Assembly: GCA_052279835.1 (NCBI GenBank)
Contig: CP181291.1
Coordinates: 5,376,001 to 5,440,000, forward strand
Direction of reading: 5' to 3'
Source of the DNA: Microcoleus sp.
GTDB lineage: Bacteria; Cyanobacteriota; Cyanobacteriia; Cyanobacteriales; Microcoleaceae
Length of the DNA stretch: 64,000 bases
The translations under genes and the position numbers were made by a program. The notes beneath the pieces were generated by a model that was not told where the DNA came from, did not search any database, and worked only from the letters and a program-made list of their open reading frames with translations. Below, piece by piece: positions 49,018-60,390 of this stretch (positions within the stretch are counted from its first letter, which is position 1; every line of letters begins with the position of its first letter).

Positions 49018-51564
49018 TTAAAAAGGAATTGCTGGGGAATCTTCTTGGAAAAAAGTCTCTCTGGCGATGGATTGAATGGTGGACAGGGGTACTTGACAGA
49101 AATATTGGTGCCGGAATTGTTCTTCGGAGACTGCTGCTAGGAATTTTGCTGTCCAGTGGGCTAGTTGTCGAGAATTAGAAGTGGAAAATTGGGTGGATTG
49201 GCTATCTAATAAGGATTTGGAGATGTTATTTCCTCTGTTTTCCGTTTCTGCTTGTCTGGTGATGTAAAAGGCTCGATCGCGATAATTGACTTTGAAACCA
49301 AGATGGGTTAAGGTTTTGAACCCCAATTGCAGGGATGTGTCGCTGATTCCGAGTTTGTGGCCTAGTTGCTGTCTGGTGACAGGTTTTTGGGTGCGGCTGA
49401 GATATTTGGCGATACCGATTAGCTGTTGCCAGATTTGCTCAGGGGGGACTGCTGGGGGTAAGCTGTAGGCGATCGCCAGTTTTTGTTGATTGTGCTGTGC
49501 TTTTCTCAACCAAATCCGCATTTCATCCCAACTTGTGGGGCATTTTTGGAGGATGAGGCAGTTTGGTCGATCGAATATTTCGGAGGAATCAACTCGATGT
49601 TCTGCGGATAGGGGAGAGGCTAAGTTGTGGCTGGCTGCTAATAATTCTGCCTCTAGATTTCCACTCCGCCAGTCTAATATCCAATCTATTTGAGGGGTCG
49701 GCTGGATGGGGTTTGATTCCTGGCGAGAACGCAATGCTATCAGTCGCACTTCGTATTGTTCTTCATAAGTATTGAAGTCTAGTTCCACTATAGCATCGCA
49801 TCGACCTTCAGGAATTTCGTCTCGGTAGTGTCCCCACCAAATACCGGGAAATCCTGTATTGACAGATTCATCCCAAATTTTAAATCTGGTTTTGATATAT
49901 TTAATTTCTTGTCCTTTCCCATCTTTGATATTTTTATTCCAAACATTGTCAAACCAGCAGTTAAGAATCAGTAATTTGGGTGCGGGATTTCCCATACCGC
50001 AGGGTTCGAGTAATTTTAATTCTTGAAATAGGTTTTTTCCTAACTCAGCAACAGTAATTGTGAGGTCTGCTTGGACGGGAGATGCTGTCAAACTTTCGGT
50101 GCTGTATTTCTGCCGTAGTTGCTGGTTTATAGCATCGGTAAATAGGGGGATATTTTCCACGGGCAGACTCAATCCAGCAGCGAAGGGATGACCACCAAAT
50201 CTATCTAATAAATGTGCTTGGTCTTTGACTAATTGGTAAAGGTCGATTTGATTGGTGGAACGGGCAGAACCTCTGGCGATTTGGGATTGGGGGACTGTGG
50301 GTATTTCTGAGTCTAAAGATTGGATCGATTCTGTTTCTGGCAGAGTTTCGTTGATTTCTGGTGTGGCTTCGGTGCTGAATAAAATTACGGGGCGGCCGTA
50401 TTCTTGGGCGATTTGTCCGGCTACCAATCCTAATACTCCTAGGGCCCATTGGGGGTCAGAGAGGACGATGATGCTGGTAGTGGACAGGTCTAGTTTGGCT
50501 AATTTTTGGGCTGCATCTTTGGCTACAGATGTTTGTAAAGATTTGCGCCTGGAGTTGGCTATTTCGGTTGAGAGTGCTAGTTCTTCGCAGCGTTTTTTGT
50601 CGCGGCTGGTGAGGAGTTCTACGCAGAAACTGGCATCGCCTTGGATGCGGCTAACGGCGTTGATGCGGGGGCCTAGTCCGAAGGAAATGTCTGTGGGGCG
50701 ATCGCCATTTTTGTTGCACAATTGTAGTAATTTGGCCACCCCCGGACGAGTGGGATTTTTTAGTTGTTTTTGTAGTTGTTGTATGCCCAGTTGAGCTAGG
50801 TAGCGACTGTCTCCTGTGAGTTGGACTAAATCGGCGATTAATCCGATGGCTACTAATTCTAATAACTCTGTTAAAGCAACCTGGGGAATATCTGGCAGTG
50901 TTTGATATAATGCTTCGATTAATTTGTAGGCGACGGCGACACCGGATAGGTGAAAAAGTTGATGATTTGAGGGGAGGTATCGGGGATTGATAATGGCTAC
51001 TGCGTCAGGGCGATCGTCCGGGAGGGTATGATGATCTGTAATAATTATATCTATGCCTAAACTTGTGGCATATTTGATTTCCGCGATATTTGTACTACCG
51101 GTATCGCAGGTAATAATTAGGCTAACGCCCGATGTTTTTAATGTGTTTATGCCGGGAATATTGAGACCGTGAGATTCTGTTAAACGATTGGGAATATAAT
51201 AAATTAGTTGGTCATTTTGGGAAAATATTTTGCCCAGTCCATCCCACAGTACGGAGGTTGAAGTGATACCGTCGGCATCGAAGTCTCCCCAAATTGCGAC
51301 TTTTTCACCCTGGTTTTTTGCTTGATGGATTCTGTCTGTTGCCGACTTCATTTCTTGCCCGAATTCCCAGGGACTTGCGGGCTGGTAAAGTTGGGGATTT
51401 AAGAATCCGGGTATTTGTTCTGCGTTTTTAATGCCTCGATACCAGAGGAGTGCTGCGGCATAGTTTCCGGGGAGTTCCGGTGCGTGTTTGTTGACAGCTT
51501 GGATTAGCCAAGCTGGGACTTGAGTTGAGGGTTGAGTTTGCCAGTTTTGATGGGGTTCTGTCAT
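49018..51564 (-). CDS. recJ: ssDNA exonuclease RecJ
   Basis: GDFDADG, TDHH, RGSARS, GGHPFAAG, LEPCGMGNP. Confidence 0.95.
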   Translation of the reverse strand: MTEPHQNWQTQPSTQVPAWLIQAVNKHAPELPGNYAAALLWYRGIKNAEQIPGFLNPQLYQPASPWEFGQEMKSATDRIHQAKNQGEKVAIWGDFDADGITSTSVLWDGLGKIFSQNDQLIYYIPNRLTESHGLNIPGINTLKTSGVSLIITCDTGSTNIAEIKYATSLGIDIIITDHHTLPDDRPDAVAIINPRYLPSNHQLFHLSGVAVAYKLIEALYQTLPDIPQVALTELLELVAIGLIADLVQLTGDSRYLAQLGIQQLQKQLKNPTRPGVAKLLQLCNKNGDRPTDISFGLGPRINAVSRIQGDASFCVELLTSRDKKRCEELALSTEIANSRRKSLQTSVAKDAAQKLAKLDLSTTSIIVLSDPQWALGVLGLVAGQIAQEYGRPVILFSTEATPEINETLPETESIQSLDSEIPTVPQSQIARGSARSTNQIDLYQLVKDQAHLLDRFGGHPFAAGLSLPVENIPLFTDAINQQLRQKYSTESLTASPVQADLTITVAELGKNLFQELKLLEPCGMGNPAPKLLILNCWFDNVWNKNIKDGKGQEIKYIKTRFKIWDESVNTGFPGIWWGHYRDEIPEGRCDAIVELDFNTYEEQYEVRLIALRSRQESNPIQPTPQIDWILDWRSGNLEAELLAASHNLASPLSAEHRVDSSEIFDRPNCLILQKCPTSWDEMRIWLRKAQHNQQKLAIAYSLPPAVPPEQIWQQLIGIAKYLSRTQKPVTRQQLGHKLGISDTSLQLGFKTLTHLGFKVNYRDRAFYITRQAETENRGNNISKSLLDSQSTQFSTSNSRQLAHWTAKFLAAVSEEQFRHQYFCQVPLSTIQSIARETFFQEDSPAIPF

Positions 51565-51689
51565 AGGATAATTTTAACAGAATTGATTGCCAATCAAAGT
51601 ATCAATATCAGAAACCCGGTTGTTGAAAATAACCGGGTTTCGAGAGAAAGTCATCATAACTTTCTCGTTCAAGTCTCAAAATACAAGAA

Positions 51690-52088
51690 TTAAGAGCCTC
51701 TTTTGAGAGCCATTTCTACCTGCTGAAATTCTGCTTCAAGACGCTTTTTCAACTTTTCAGGAACGGGACGATTTGGATAGGAACTGTAATGTCCGGCCAA
51801 AGAGTTTAAAGCTGTTCGCATTGTTGTGAAAGATGAAAGCTTGGTAAGAGCGGGATCGCGACGGTAAGCAGCAGCAAAGTCATTGATTTTTGTGCGAGAA
51901 TCTGCTTGAGCTGCTGCTTTTTCCGGCGTACCCTCTGGTAAAGTAAGCGAGGTTCTCAAGCTGGTTACTAAGTCTAATGTGTCTTGGCGGTAGTCTCCGC
52001 TGAGAGTGGCTGGAACATTGGTACAGCCACTGATGCCTAGGACAACAACTAAGACTAGGGCTAACAGACGGGAAATGTAATGCTTCAT
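51690..52088 (-). CDS. psb27: Photosystem II assembly lipoprotein Psb27
   Basis: Lipobox ISGC; SFTTMRTALNSLAGHYSSYPNRP. Confidence 0.96.
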   Translation of the reverse strand: MKHYISRLLALVLVVVLGISGCTNVPATLSGDYRQDTLDLVTSLRTSLTLPEGTPEKAAAQADSRTKINDFAAAYRRDPALTKLSSFTTMRTALNSLAGHYSSYPNRPVPEKLKKRLEAEFQQVEMALKRGS

Positions 52089-52235
52089 AAGGGTTGAAAG
52101 AAATGGCAGCCAAATTCGCGATCGAATATTAACCTTTATCCTATCTCGAATCAGGATACCAATGTCAATTTACCCAAAAATATCTCCATAGCATGAAAGA
52201 TATATTTTGTCAATCTCCTACTCAAAATCCCTTAT

Positions 52236-53495
52236 CTAAAATTGATTGATTTGTCCTGCAACAACGGTCAGAATTTGAGTTTGTTGCAGCCATTGAGAGT
52301 CAAAAGCGCCTAAATGGGTAGTAGTAATTAGAGTTTGAAATCGTTCTTGAATGGTTTCTAAAAGTTGATTTTGGCGGTTGAGATCGAGTTCTGCAAGTAC
52401 GTCGTCTAGCAACAGCAAAGGTGGTTCGCCAACGACTTCTTCAATAAGCTGCAATTCGGCTAGTTTTAAGGCTAATACCAGAGTTCGTTGCTGACCTTGA
52501 GAGCCGTATTGACGAGCAGGTGTATTGTTAATGGTAAATGTAATATCATCACGGTGGGGACCGACTAAAGTAGTACCTTGAAATTTTTCGGCGATCGCCC
52601 TTTGTTGAATTTTATCTAAAAATGCTTGCCGCACTCCTTCTAGATTGTCTTTAGCGATGAATTCTTGCCCTACTTCAATATTAGCAGCATATTTCATATC
52701 CAAAACTTCTGTAGAACCGCTAATGGAAGAGTGCCAATTGCGAGCTAAAGGTATCAATCGATCTAAAATGCGATCGCGCCTCCGGATCACACGAGCACCC
52801 GCCGTTGCTAATTGTGCATCCCACAAAGCTAATTCTGTATTGGGAATGGGGGATTGGGCAACCCCCCCCTCACCCCCCCCAAGGGGGGAAAAAATTGGGA
52901 ATTCTTCTCTATTTGGTGAGAAGGGAGTTTCGTTTCCCATAAATTGCATTTTGTCAATAGTTTCGGAAACATCGATTTTTCTAATTTCCTTAGAGCTTTT
53001 TAATAGAGCGTTGCGTTGGCGCAAAATTTGGTTATATTGCTGCAAAATATGAGCGTAAATTGGTTCTAATTGGATTACCAGGCGATCGATCCAATGGCGT
53101 CTTACTTCTGGGCCACCGCGCACTAAGTCCAAATCTAAACAAGAAAATTGTACGACATTTAAGATGCTCAAAAAGTCTAAATGACGGCGCAGTGGTTCGC
53201 CGTTGATTTTGCATATACGGCGCGCCTGAGAGCGCATAGTTAAAGCTAATTCTATGGGGCCAGTTTGACGCTCCAGGGTGGCATCTATTTGCCCCATGGG
53301 TTTGGAGTCGAGGATTAAATCGCGATCGCGCGTCGCCCTATGACTTTTTAATGTCGAAAGCAATTCTACTGCTTCTAATAAATTCGATTTTCCCTGAGCG
53401 TTATTGCCGACTAAAATAGTTTTGGGGGCATCAAATACTACTTTTTGGTCTGGGTAATTGCGAAATTGTCGGAGGTGAATATTTTTGAGATACAT
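52236..53495 (-). CDS. recF: DNA replication/repair protein RecF (with in-frame insertion)
   Basis: GNNAQGKSN, GPHRDD, GSQGQQR, LLLDDVLAELD. Confidence 0.96.
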   Translation of the reverse strand: MYLKNIHLRQFRNYPDQKVVFDAPKTILVGNNAQGKSNLLEAVELLSTLKSHRATRDRDLILDSKPMGQIDATLERQTGPIELALTMRSQARRICKINGEPLRRHLDFLSILNVVQFSCLDLDLVRGGPEVRRHWIDRLVIQLEPIYAHILQQYNQILRQRNALLKSSKEIRKIDVSETIDKMQFMGNETPFSPNREEFPIFSPLGGGEGGVAQSPIPNTELALWDAQLATAGARVIRRRDRILDRLIPLARNWHSSISGSTEVLDMKYAANIEVGQEFIAKDNLEGVRQAFLDKIQQRAIAEKFQGTTLVGPHRDDITFTINNTPARQYGSQGQQRTLVLALKLAELQLIEEVVGEPPLLLLDDVLAELDLNRQNQLLETIQERFQTLITTTHLGAFDSQWLQQTQILTVVAGQINQF

Positions 53496-53711
53496 GATAA
53501 TATAGCGTTTTTAAGTATGATCGGGTAATGGGTAATTGGTAATTAGTAATGCCCGATGCCCTGGGGGGTCAGGGGGGGTTCCCCATTACCTATTACACGC
53601 TCACCTCACCTAACTGATAAAGGCTATATATCAATTCTGATTAGATCGGAATTATTTAACCACAGAGAGCGCAGAGGACGCAGAGGAAGAGGAGCGAGAA
53701 GATATTGATGA

Positions 53712-56535
53712 TTATTTGCTGGGTTTGTAGTATCGGATAAATAGTTTTTCCATTTCAATCCAGACAAACATTAGGGCGCTGAAACCGAAGCAAATCATTA
53801 GTTCAAATAAGCTCAAGTAGTGAGTGCCAAAAAATGCTCGGAGTGGCGCAATGTAAATCAGCATCAATTGTAGAAAAGTTGTAACTATCACCGCAGCCCA
53901 TACAAAAATGTTGGTGAAGGGATTTAACTCGATAGTTAGCTGAGTGTTGGAGCGACAGGCGATCGCGTGACCCATTTGTGCTAGACAGAGAGTGGTGAAT
54001 ACCATCGTTTTCCAAGCTTCTCGATCGCCCTGATAATTGGGCGCATGAGTGTATCCGTAAGCCCAGGACATCATGGTTATGGTCAAAATTGCAAAAATAA
54101 TGCCGATCCGAATCATGTAAGAACCCAAACCCCGCGCAAAAATACTTTCTCGCGGACTAAAAGGAGGCTTATTCATCACATTCGGTTCTGCTGGTTCTAC
54201 CGCCAAAGCTAACGCCGGAACTCCGTCAGTAACTAAGTTCATCCACAAAATTTGTAGGGGGGTCAGCGGTACTCCTCCTAAACCCATTAAAGGGGCGGCG
54301 GCGATGGTCAAAACTTCGCCAATATTACTGCCCAAAATGTATTTAATAAAACGGCGAATATTAGTATAAACTACTCGTCCTTCTTCAGCGGCGGCGACTA
54401 TAGTGGCAAAGTTGTCATCTAGCAGCACCATATCGCTAGCTTCTTTGCTGACATCGGTGCCGGTAATGCCCATGGCGATGCCGATATCGGCTTGTTTTAA
54501 AGCAGGTGCATCGTTAACGCCGTCACCTGTCATTGCTACAAATTTGCCCCAACTTTGCAAGGCTTGGACTATTCGTAATTTGTGCTCTGGGGAGACGCGG
54601 GCGTAAACGCTAACGTTTTCTACTTGCTGTTTGAGTTTCTTCTTGGCTGAGTTTTTCTAATTCTTGACCGGTGAGGACTCGATCGCCTACACTGGCAATT
54701 CCCAAATCCACCGCGATCGCTTTTGCAGTCAGTTGGTGATCCCCGGTAATCATCACTACGCGAATCCCTGCATCCCGACATTTCACCACAGCTTCCCGTA
54801 CTTCCGGGCGCGGTGCATCTAGCATACTCACCAACCCCAACCAAATCATGTCTTGTTCGCTGGTTTCCTCAGAACCTGATGGTGGTAAGTTTTCCCAGAG
54901 TTTGTAAGCAAAGCCGAGGACTCGCAAACCGCTACTTGCCATATCGTTGTTTTCGGCAAGGATGCGATCGCGCATTTCCTGTGTTATGGGTTGAATTCGA
55001 TCGCCCACAATCATGCCCTGACAGCGCTCCAAAGTCAACTCTGGAGAACCTTTGGTCAACATTAAATAATTGGGTTCTTCTCCTTCGGGTTTGGGAAATC
55101 CGCAATTGTGCGATCGCCCTGGTAGTTGGCAAATTACGCTCATCCGCTTGCGTTCGGAAGAAAACGGAAATTCTGCCGTCCGTGGCAGTAATTGAGACTG
55201 TATATCCTTATATATGCCTGCTTTGGCCGCAAAAGATAGCAGGGCTCCCTCGGTAGGATCTCCCAAAATTGTCCATTCTTGCTGTTGGTGCTGCAAAAAT
55301 GCGTCGTTGCAAACTGCACAAGCTATTAATAAGGCTTCTAGTTCTGGATATGCTTCTAAGTTATCAATTTGGGCCGATTTTTGGCGATCGGTAAAAATGC
55401 CGATCGGGTTATAACCAGATCCGTCGATGCCGACATCAGAATTGCCTGTGTGTACTCGCTGAACTACCATTTTATTTTGGGTCAGGGTACCGGTTTTGTC
55501 TGAACAAATAGTAGTTACTGAACCCAAGGTTTCTACGGCTGGTAGTTTGCGAATCAGGGCCTGCCGCTTCACCATCCGCTTGGTTCCCAGGGCTAAAGTG
55601 ACGGTGACAACTGCTGCGAGTCCTTCGGGGACAACGGCTACAGCCATACTCAGAGATACTTCTAAGAGTTCTTCAAATTTGCTGGTATCGAAGCCAAGGC
55701 TGCCATTTTGGAAGGTAATCATGCCGCCGATGACGACAATCAGGACTAAAATCATCGCACCGGAGACTAGAACATTCGCCAACTGGCTCATCCGCTGTTG
55801 CAGGGGAGTTGGTTCGGTTTCTACGGAGGCAAGCATGGTGGCGATTTTGCCTAGTTCTGTTTGCATTCCGGTGTTGGTGACGATCGCCTTGGCGCGTCCT
55901 TGTACAACTTCGGTGCCCTGAAAAATCAAGTTCAGGCGATCGCCCAAGGAAGCATTTTCTGCAAGTTCCATATCTGCTTCTTTGGTGACTGCTAAGGCTT
56001 CTCCTGTTAATGCAGATTCTCTGACTTGCAGGTTGGATGCTTCGATTAATCGCGCATCTGCGGCTATTTTCACTCCGGCTTCCAGAAGCATGATGTCTCC
56101 TGGTACGACATCTTTAGCTGTTATTTCTGAAGTTGTGCCGTCTCGCACCACTCTGACGAGGGGGGATGAAAGGTTTTTGAGGGCTGCGAGGGCTTTTTCG
56201 GCTCTGCTTTCTTGAAGATAGCCGAGAATGCCGTTGAGGATGACGATCGCAAAAATGGCGATCGCATCTTTGGGAAAATTGTTGGATTTGATATCCAAGA
56301 AACCGGAAATTATGGCTACCGCCATCAGCATCAACAACATGATGTTGGTGAATTGATCGACAAAAATCGACCAAGGGCTGCGGCCTCCTGTTTCTTCTAG
56401 TTCGTTGTGGCCGTATTGCTGTAGGCGTTCTGATACCTGTTGAGCCCTTAAGCCAGTGTCTTTGTTGCTGCTGAGCTGTTTCAGGGTTGTGTCGATTGCT
56501 ACGGTGTGCCAAGAAGACGGAGGATTTGAAGACAT
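53712..56535 (-). pseudogene. Cation-transporting P-type ATPase (Ca2+/PacL-like), split by a +1 frameshift (possible sequencing error)
   Basis: TGEA, PEGL, DKTGT, TGD in the 5' ORF and GDGVND in the 3' ORF; removing one base of TTT at 54636-54638 gives continuous [24 protein letters not shown]. Confidence 0.88.
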
Positions 56536-57232
56536 AAATTACCATCGAGCATGGGACATAAAGGTGGCTGTGACCCTACAGCTACAGCCAGTGGAGGGGG
56601 CGATCGGGCATGGGGAAGAGTTAAGAGGAAGGAGGAAGCTAGAAGCCTTTCTGTGGCTCTGTCTGTATAGCTGGTAAAAGTCCTACCGCTGATAGCACTA
56701 ATCCACCTTACCAAACTTACCAAAAATCAGGAATTTCCGTCGGCAAACAAACTCTATTCCAAGATGGGGGATAGGGAGAGGAGAAGAGTGTCCTAGTAAG
56801 GTTTAATCATTCCGATACAACCGGAATTGAGATCGTCCGTTAGGGGTTGATGAACAGTTGGGACTTGAAACCATCGCCATCTGAGGAACACATCCCGGAA
56901 TCTGAGCTACAACCGGATCGGGTACAAGGCGATCGAGCGATCTTCATTTGAGGGATTTCCTTCCAGCAGATCGTTTCGCTACCGCTAACTGGCGATCGCG
57001 TTGAAGGTTTCGCTTTTTTTTGCTTCCCCAACCTTCTTTTCGCAAAACTTTAATTATTTTAACTTTTTTTAACAATATGTCTAAACCCCAGACATCAGGA
57101 AGGTGGGCTCCTCCGAAGGCCTTGGGGATTTGGCAAAACATACCAGAAAATTCTGGGCATCGGAGGCGATCGCAAGGCTCTAACCATTACCACATTAGCC
57201 TCCCAGTCTCACCCTCTGTTAACAGATAAATT

Positions 57233-57250
57233 CCTGTAATAATTTGTAAT
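57233..57250 (-). promoter_or_regulatory. HLR1-like (RpaB) direct repeat upstream of cpcB
   Basis: ATTACAAA-TT-ATTACAGG on minus strand, period 10; imperfect match to (G/T)TTACA(T/A)(T/A). Confidence 0.4.
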
Positions 57251-57554
57251 AAACAAACACTCGTGAGCATTGTATAAAGAGTAGGAGAGGGTTGAAGGGG
57301 CAGGCTAAAGTTAACAAAAACACTGTTTAACAAGGTTTGTCGCATCTCATAAAAGATGTAAAATATTCTAAGGTTTCTTAAACGTCCGTTGCAATGTAAC
57401 AATGGTACAGGTAGCGGAAAGGGAGAGATCGAGCCGCTCAGCTAATTAGCTGGTGTCAACCCTCAACCCTTACAGGCGATCGGCCTGAACAAATTTAACT
57501 TAACGGTTTTATACCGCAACCAAACTCAATTAACCCAAGTAGGAGAGTTCTTTC

Positions 57555-58073
57555 ATGTTAGACGCATTTACAAAAGTAGTTTCCCAAGCTGACGCTCGTG
57601 GCGAATTCTTGGCCGCAGGTCAACTAGATGCCCTCAGCAGCATGGTTGCAGACAGCAACAAGCGCATTGATGCAGTTAACCGCATCACCAGCAACGCTTC
57701 CACAATCGTTGCCAATGCAGCTCGCTCTTTGTTTGCTGAGCAACCTCAATTGATCGCCCCTGGCGGCAACGCTTACACCAGCCGTCGCATGGCAGCTTGC
57801 TTGCGCGACATGGAAATCATCTTGCGCTATGTCACCTATGCAACTTTCGCAGGTGATGCCAGCGTTCTTGATGATCGTTGCTTGAACGGCTTGCGCGAAA
57901 CCTACCTGGCATTGGGCACTCCTGGTGCTTCAGTAGCAGCAGGCGTCCAAAAAATGAAGGAAGCCGCGATCGCGATTGCTAACGACCCCAACGGTGTTAC
58001 TCGTGGCGATTGCAGCTCGCTGATGTCCGAAATCGGTGGCTACTTCGACCGTGCAGCTAGTGCAGTCGGCTAA
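57555..58073 (+). CDS. cpcB: C-phycocyanin beta subunit
   Basis: [13 protein letters not shown]...RRMAACLRD...GDCSSL. Confidence 0.98.
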   Translation: MLDAFTKVVSQADARGEFLAAGQLDALSSMVADSNKRIDAVNRITSNASTIVANAARSLFAEQPQLIAPGGNAYTSRRMAACLRDMEIILRYVTYATFAGDASVLDDRCLNGLRETYLALGTPGASVAAGVQKMKEAAIAIANDPNGVTRGDCSSLMSEIGGYFDRAASAVG

Positions 58074-58179
58074 AAATAGCTCAGCGACGATTAATTGAGT
58101 GTAAAAAAAGCGATCCATCGCATTTTTACAATTATTCTGTGCCAAACCAACACAACATTATTAGAGAGAAAACAAGACA

Positions 58180-58668
58180 ATGAAAACCCCGTTGACCGAA
58201 GCAGTAACAGCAGCCGATTCTCAAGGCCGTTTCCTCAGCAGCACCGAACTTCAAGTCGCCTTCGGCCGCTTCCGCCAAGCTGCTGCTGGCTTAGAAGCAG
58301 CAAAAGCTCTGACAGCTAACTCTCAGCGCTTGATCGACGGTGCAGCCCAAGCAGTGTACAACAAATTCCCGTACACCCAACAAATGCAAGGCCCTAACTA
58401 TGCTTCTACCGCAACAGGTAAAGCAAAGTGCGCTCGCGACATCGGCTACTACCTGCGTATGGTCACCTACTGCTTGGTTGCAGGCGGCACAGGCCCAATG
58501 GATGAGTACCTGATTGCAGGTATCGATGAAATCAACCGGACTTTTGAATTGTCCCCTAGCTGGTACGTTGAAGCTCTCAAGTACATCAAAGCCAACCACG
58601 GTTTGAGTGGCGATGCTGCTACTGAAGCTACCTCCTACCTAGACTACGCAATCAACGCCCTGAGCTAG
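58180..58668 (+). CDS. cpcA: C-phycocyanin alpha subunit
   Basis: MKTPLTEAV...[12 protein letters not shown]. Confidence 0.98.
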   Translation: MKTPLTEAVTAADSQGRFLSSTELQVAFGRFRQAAAGLEAAKALTANSQRLIDGAAQAVYNKFPYTQQMQGPNYASTATGKAKCARDIGYYLRMVTYCLVAGGTGPMDEYLIAGIDEINRTFELSPSWYVEALKYIKANHGLSGDAATEATSYLDYAINALS

Positions 58669-58676
58669 ATTTGCGT

Positions 58677-58740
58677 GATGCCCGGAAATGTAAGCTGCTG
58701 TTAGCTTGAGTGTTAGCGGTTGTTTACAATTCCGGGCATC
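58677..58740 (+). terminator. Long stem-loop after cpcA (transcript stabiliser/attenuator)
   Basis: GATGCCCGGAAATGTAA...TTACAATTCCGGGCATC inverted repeat. Confidence 0.75.
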
Positions 58741-58813
58741 TCCATTGGAGGGTAAGTTTTCCAAACAATTTTAAAAAGTTTTCAGTTTTTAAAGTAAAAA
58801 CGGAGAAGTAAAA

Positions 58814-58894
58814 ATGTCTGGATTGAGTGCTACATAACTCTGTTTCGGGTGGTTCGAGCGCTCAAATCTTTCGTAGTCGGAAAAAGTCGCATTA
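58814..58894 (+). pseudogene. Possible degenerate cpcD-like linker gene remnant
   Basis: RBS GGAG, then ATG TCT GGA TTG AGT GCT; shifted frame NSVSGGSSAQIFR resembles the CpcD N-terminus (SGNTASAGRCFRYEVVG). Confidence 0.4.
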
Positions 58895-59056
58895 AAGTAA
58901 GTTGAAGGGATGATTACAGAAACCAGACAATTAAAGATTGTGCGGTGGATTTTATAAAATCAACTTACTACAAAATAACTGTTTTTGCCTAAGTCGCAAA
59001 ACACTCAAGTACCACAAAGCTTTCAATTCACACTCATACATTTAGGAGAAATTCTG

Positions 59057-59926
59057 GTGGCTATTACAACAGCAGCGTCCAGACTGGGGACATCAGCATT
59101 GAGCGATGCGCCGAAGGTAGAATTGCGTCCGAATTACACAAAAGATGACGTAGAAATGGTAATTCGCGCTACTTACCGCCAGTTGTTAGGCAACGATTAT
59201 TTGATGAAATCCGAGCGCTTGAAAAGTGCTGAATCTTTGCTGCAAGACGGCAGTTTAACAGTACGAGAATTTGTGCGCACAGTAGCTAAGTCAGAACTGT
59301 ACAAAACCAAGTTTTTCTACAGCAGCTTCCAAACTCGGACGATCGAACTAAACTACAAACACCTGCTCGGTCGCGCTATTTATGACGAATCTGAAGTAGT
59401 TTATCACTTAGATTTGTACGAAAACAAAGGATACGATGCTGATATTGATTCCTACATTGATTCCGTAGAATATCAAGAAAGCTTTGGCGAAAGTATCGTC
59501 CCTTACTACCGTGGTTTTGATAATCAGCGGGGACAAAAAACCGTTGGTTTTACCCGGATGTTCCGCTTGTATCGGGGCTACGCAAATAGCGATACAGCTC
59601 AACTAGAAGGCAATAACTCTCGCCTAGCCGTGGAAGTTGGTAGCAACACTGCTACCGCAGTAGTTGGCCCCTCCGGTGGCAGCGAAGGTTGGGCTTATCG
59701 CCCTTCGGCACAAAACGTAACTCCCAGCAGCGGTTTCGGCGGCGCGGCAGCTTACGGCAAAGAAGGACGACTTTTCCGGGTGGAAGTTTCCGGCATTCGC
59801 ACGGGCGGATATCCTAACGTGCGTCGCAGCAGCAAAGCGTTTATCGTACCTGTTGATGATTTGTCCTCGCAAATGCAGAAATTTCAGCGTTTGGGCGGGA
59901 AAATCGCCAGCATTACTCCAATTTAG
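59057..59926 (+). CDS. cpcC: Phycocyanin rod linker polypeptide
   Basis: GTG start after [38 protein letters not shown]-terminal CpcD-like domain. Confidence 0.95.
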   Translation: MAITTAASRLGTSALSDAPKVELRPNYTKDDVEMVIRATYRQLLGNDYLMKSERLKSAESLLQDGSLTVREFVRTVAKSELYKTKFFYSSFQTRTIELNYKHLLGRAIYDESEVVYHLDLYENKGYDADIDSYIDSVEYQESFGESIVPYYRGFDNQRGQKTVGFTRMFRLYRGYANSDTAQLEGNNSRLAVEVGSNTATAVVGPSGGSEGWAYRPSAQNVTPSSGFGGAAAYGKEGRLFRVEVSGIRTGGYPNVRRSSKAFIVPVDDLSSQMQKFQRLGGKIASITPI

Positions 59927-60013
59927 TCATTAGTCATGGGTTATTAGTTATTGGTAACTTAACAATAACCAATAACAATGCCCGATTCCCCCTTAGCAAT
60001 TACCAATTAGCTT

Positions 60014-60262
60014 ATGTTTGGTCAAATTGTAGCAGGAACAAGTGGCAATACAGCTTCCGCTGGTCGCTGCTTTCGGTATGAAGTTGTCGGCTTGCGCCAA
60101 AGCGATGGCACAGAAAATATGGATTATGCGATTCGATCGAGCGCCAGTACATTTATCACTGTGCCTTACAGCCGGATGAATCAAGAAATGCAGCGCATTA
60201 CTCGCATGGGCGGCAAAATTGTGAATATTCAGGCTTTGAGTGCCAGCCCAGAATCAGAATAG
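60014..60262 (+). CDS. cpcD: Rod-capping linker CpcD
   Basis: FRYEVVGLRQ...VPYSRMNQEMQRITRMGGKIV. Confidence 0.95.
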   Translation: MFGQIVAGTSGNTASAGRCFRYEVVGLRQSDGTENMDYAIRSSASTFITVPYSRMNQEMQRITRMGGKIVNIQALSASPESE

Positions 60263-60331
60263 TCATTAGTCAGCAGTCGTTAGTATTTTAATCTAGTCTT
60301 GCTTAGTCAGATTTGTTGCTAGGAATTAATA

Positions 60332-60390
60332 ACTAATGACTAATGACTAATGACTAAGAACTAATGACTAATGACTAATGACTAAGAACT
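60332..60390 (+). repeat. STRR heptamer array (ACTAATG/ACTAAGA)
   Basis: About 8 tandem units directly before the cpcE ATG. Confidence 0.9.

Noticed and set aside
56840..57402. Short ORFs upstream of cpcB
   Set aside because: No recognisable motifs, mutually overlapping; more likely regulatory or leader DNA, though a decayed gene cannot be excluded
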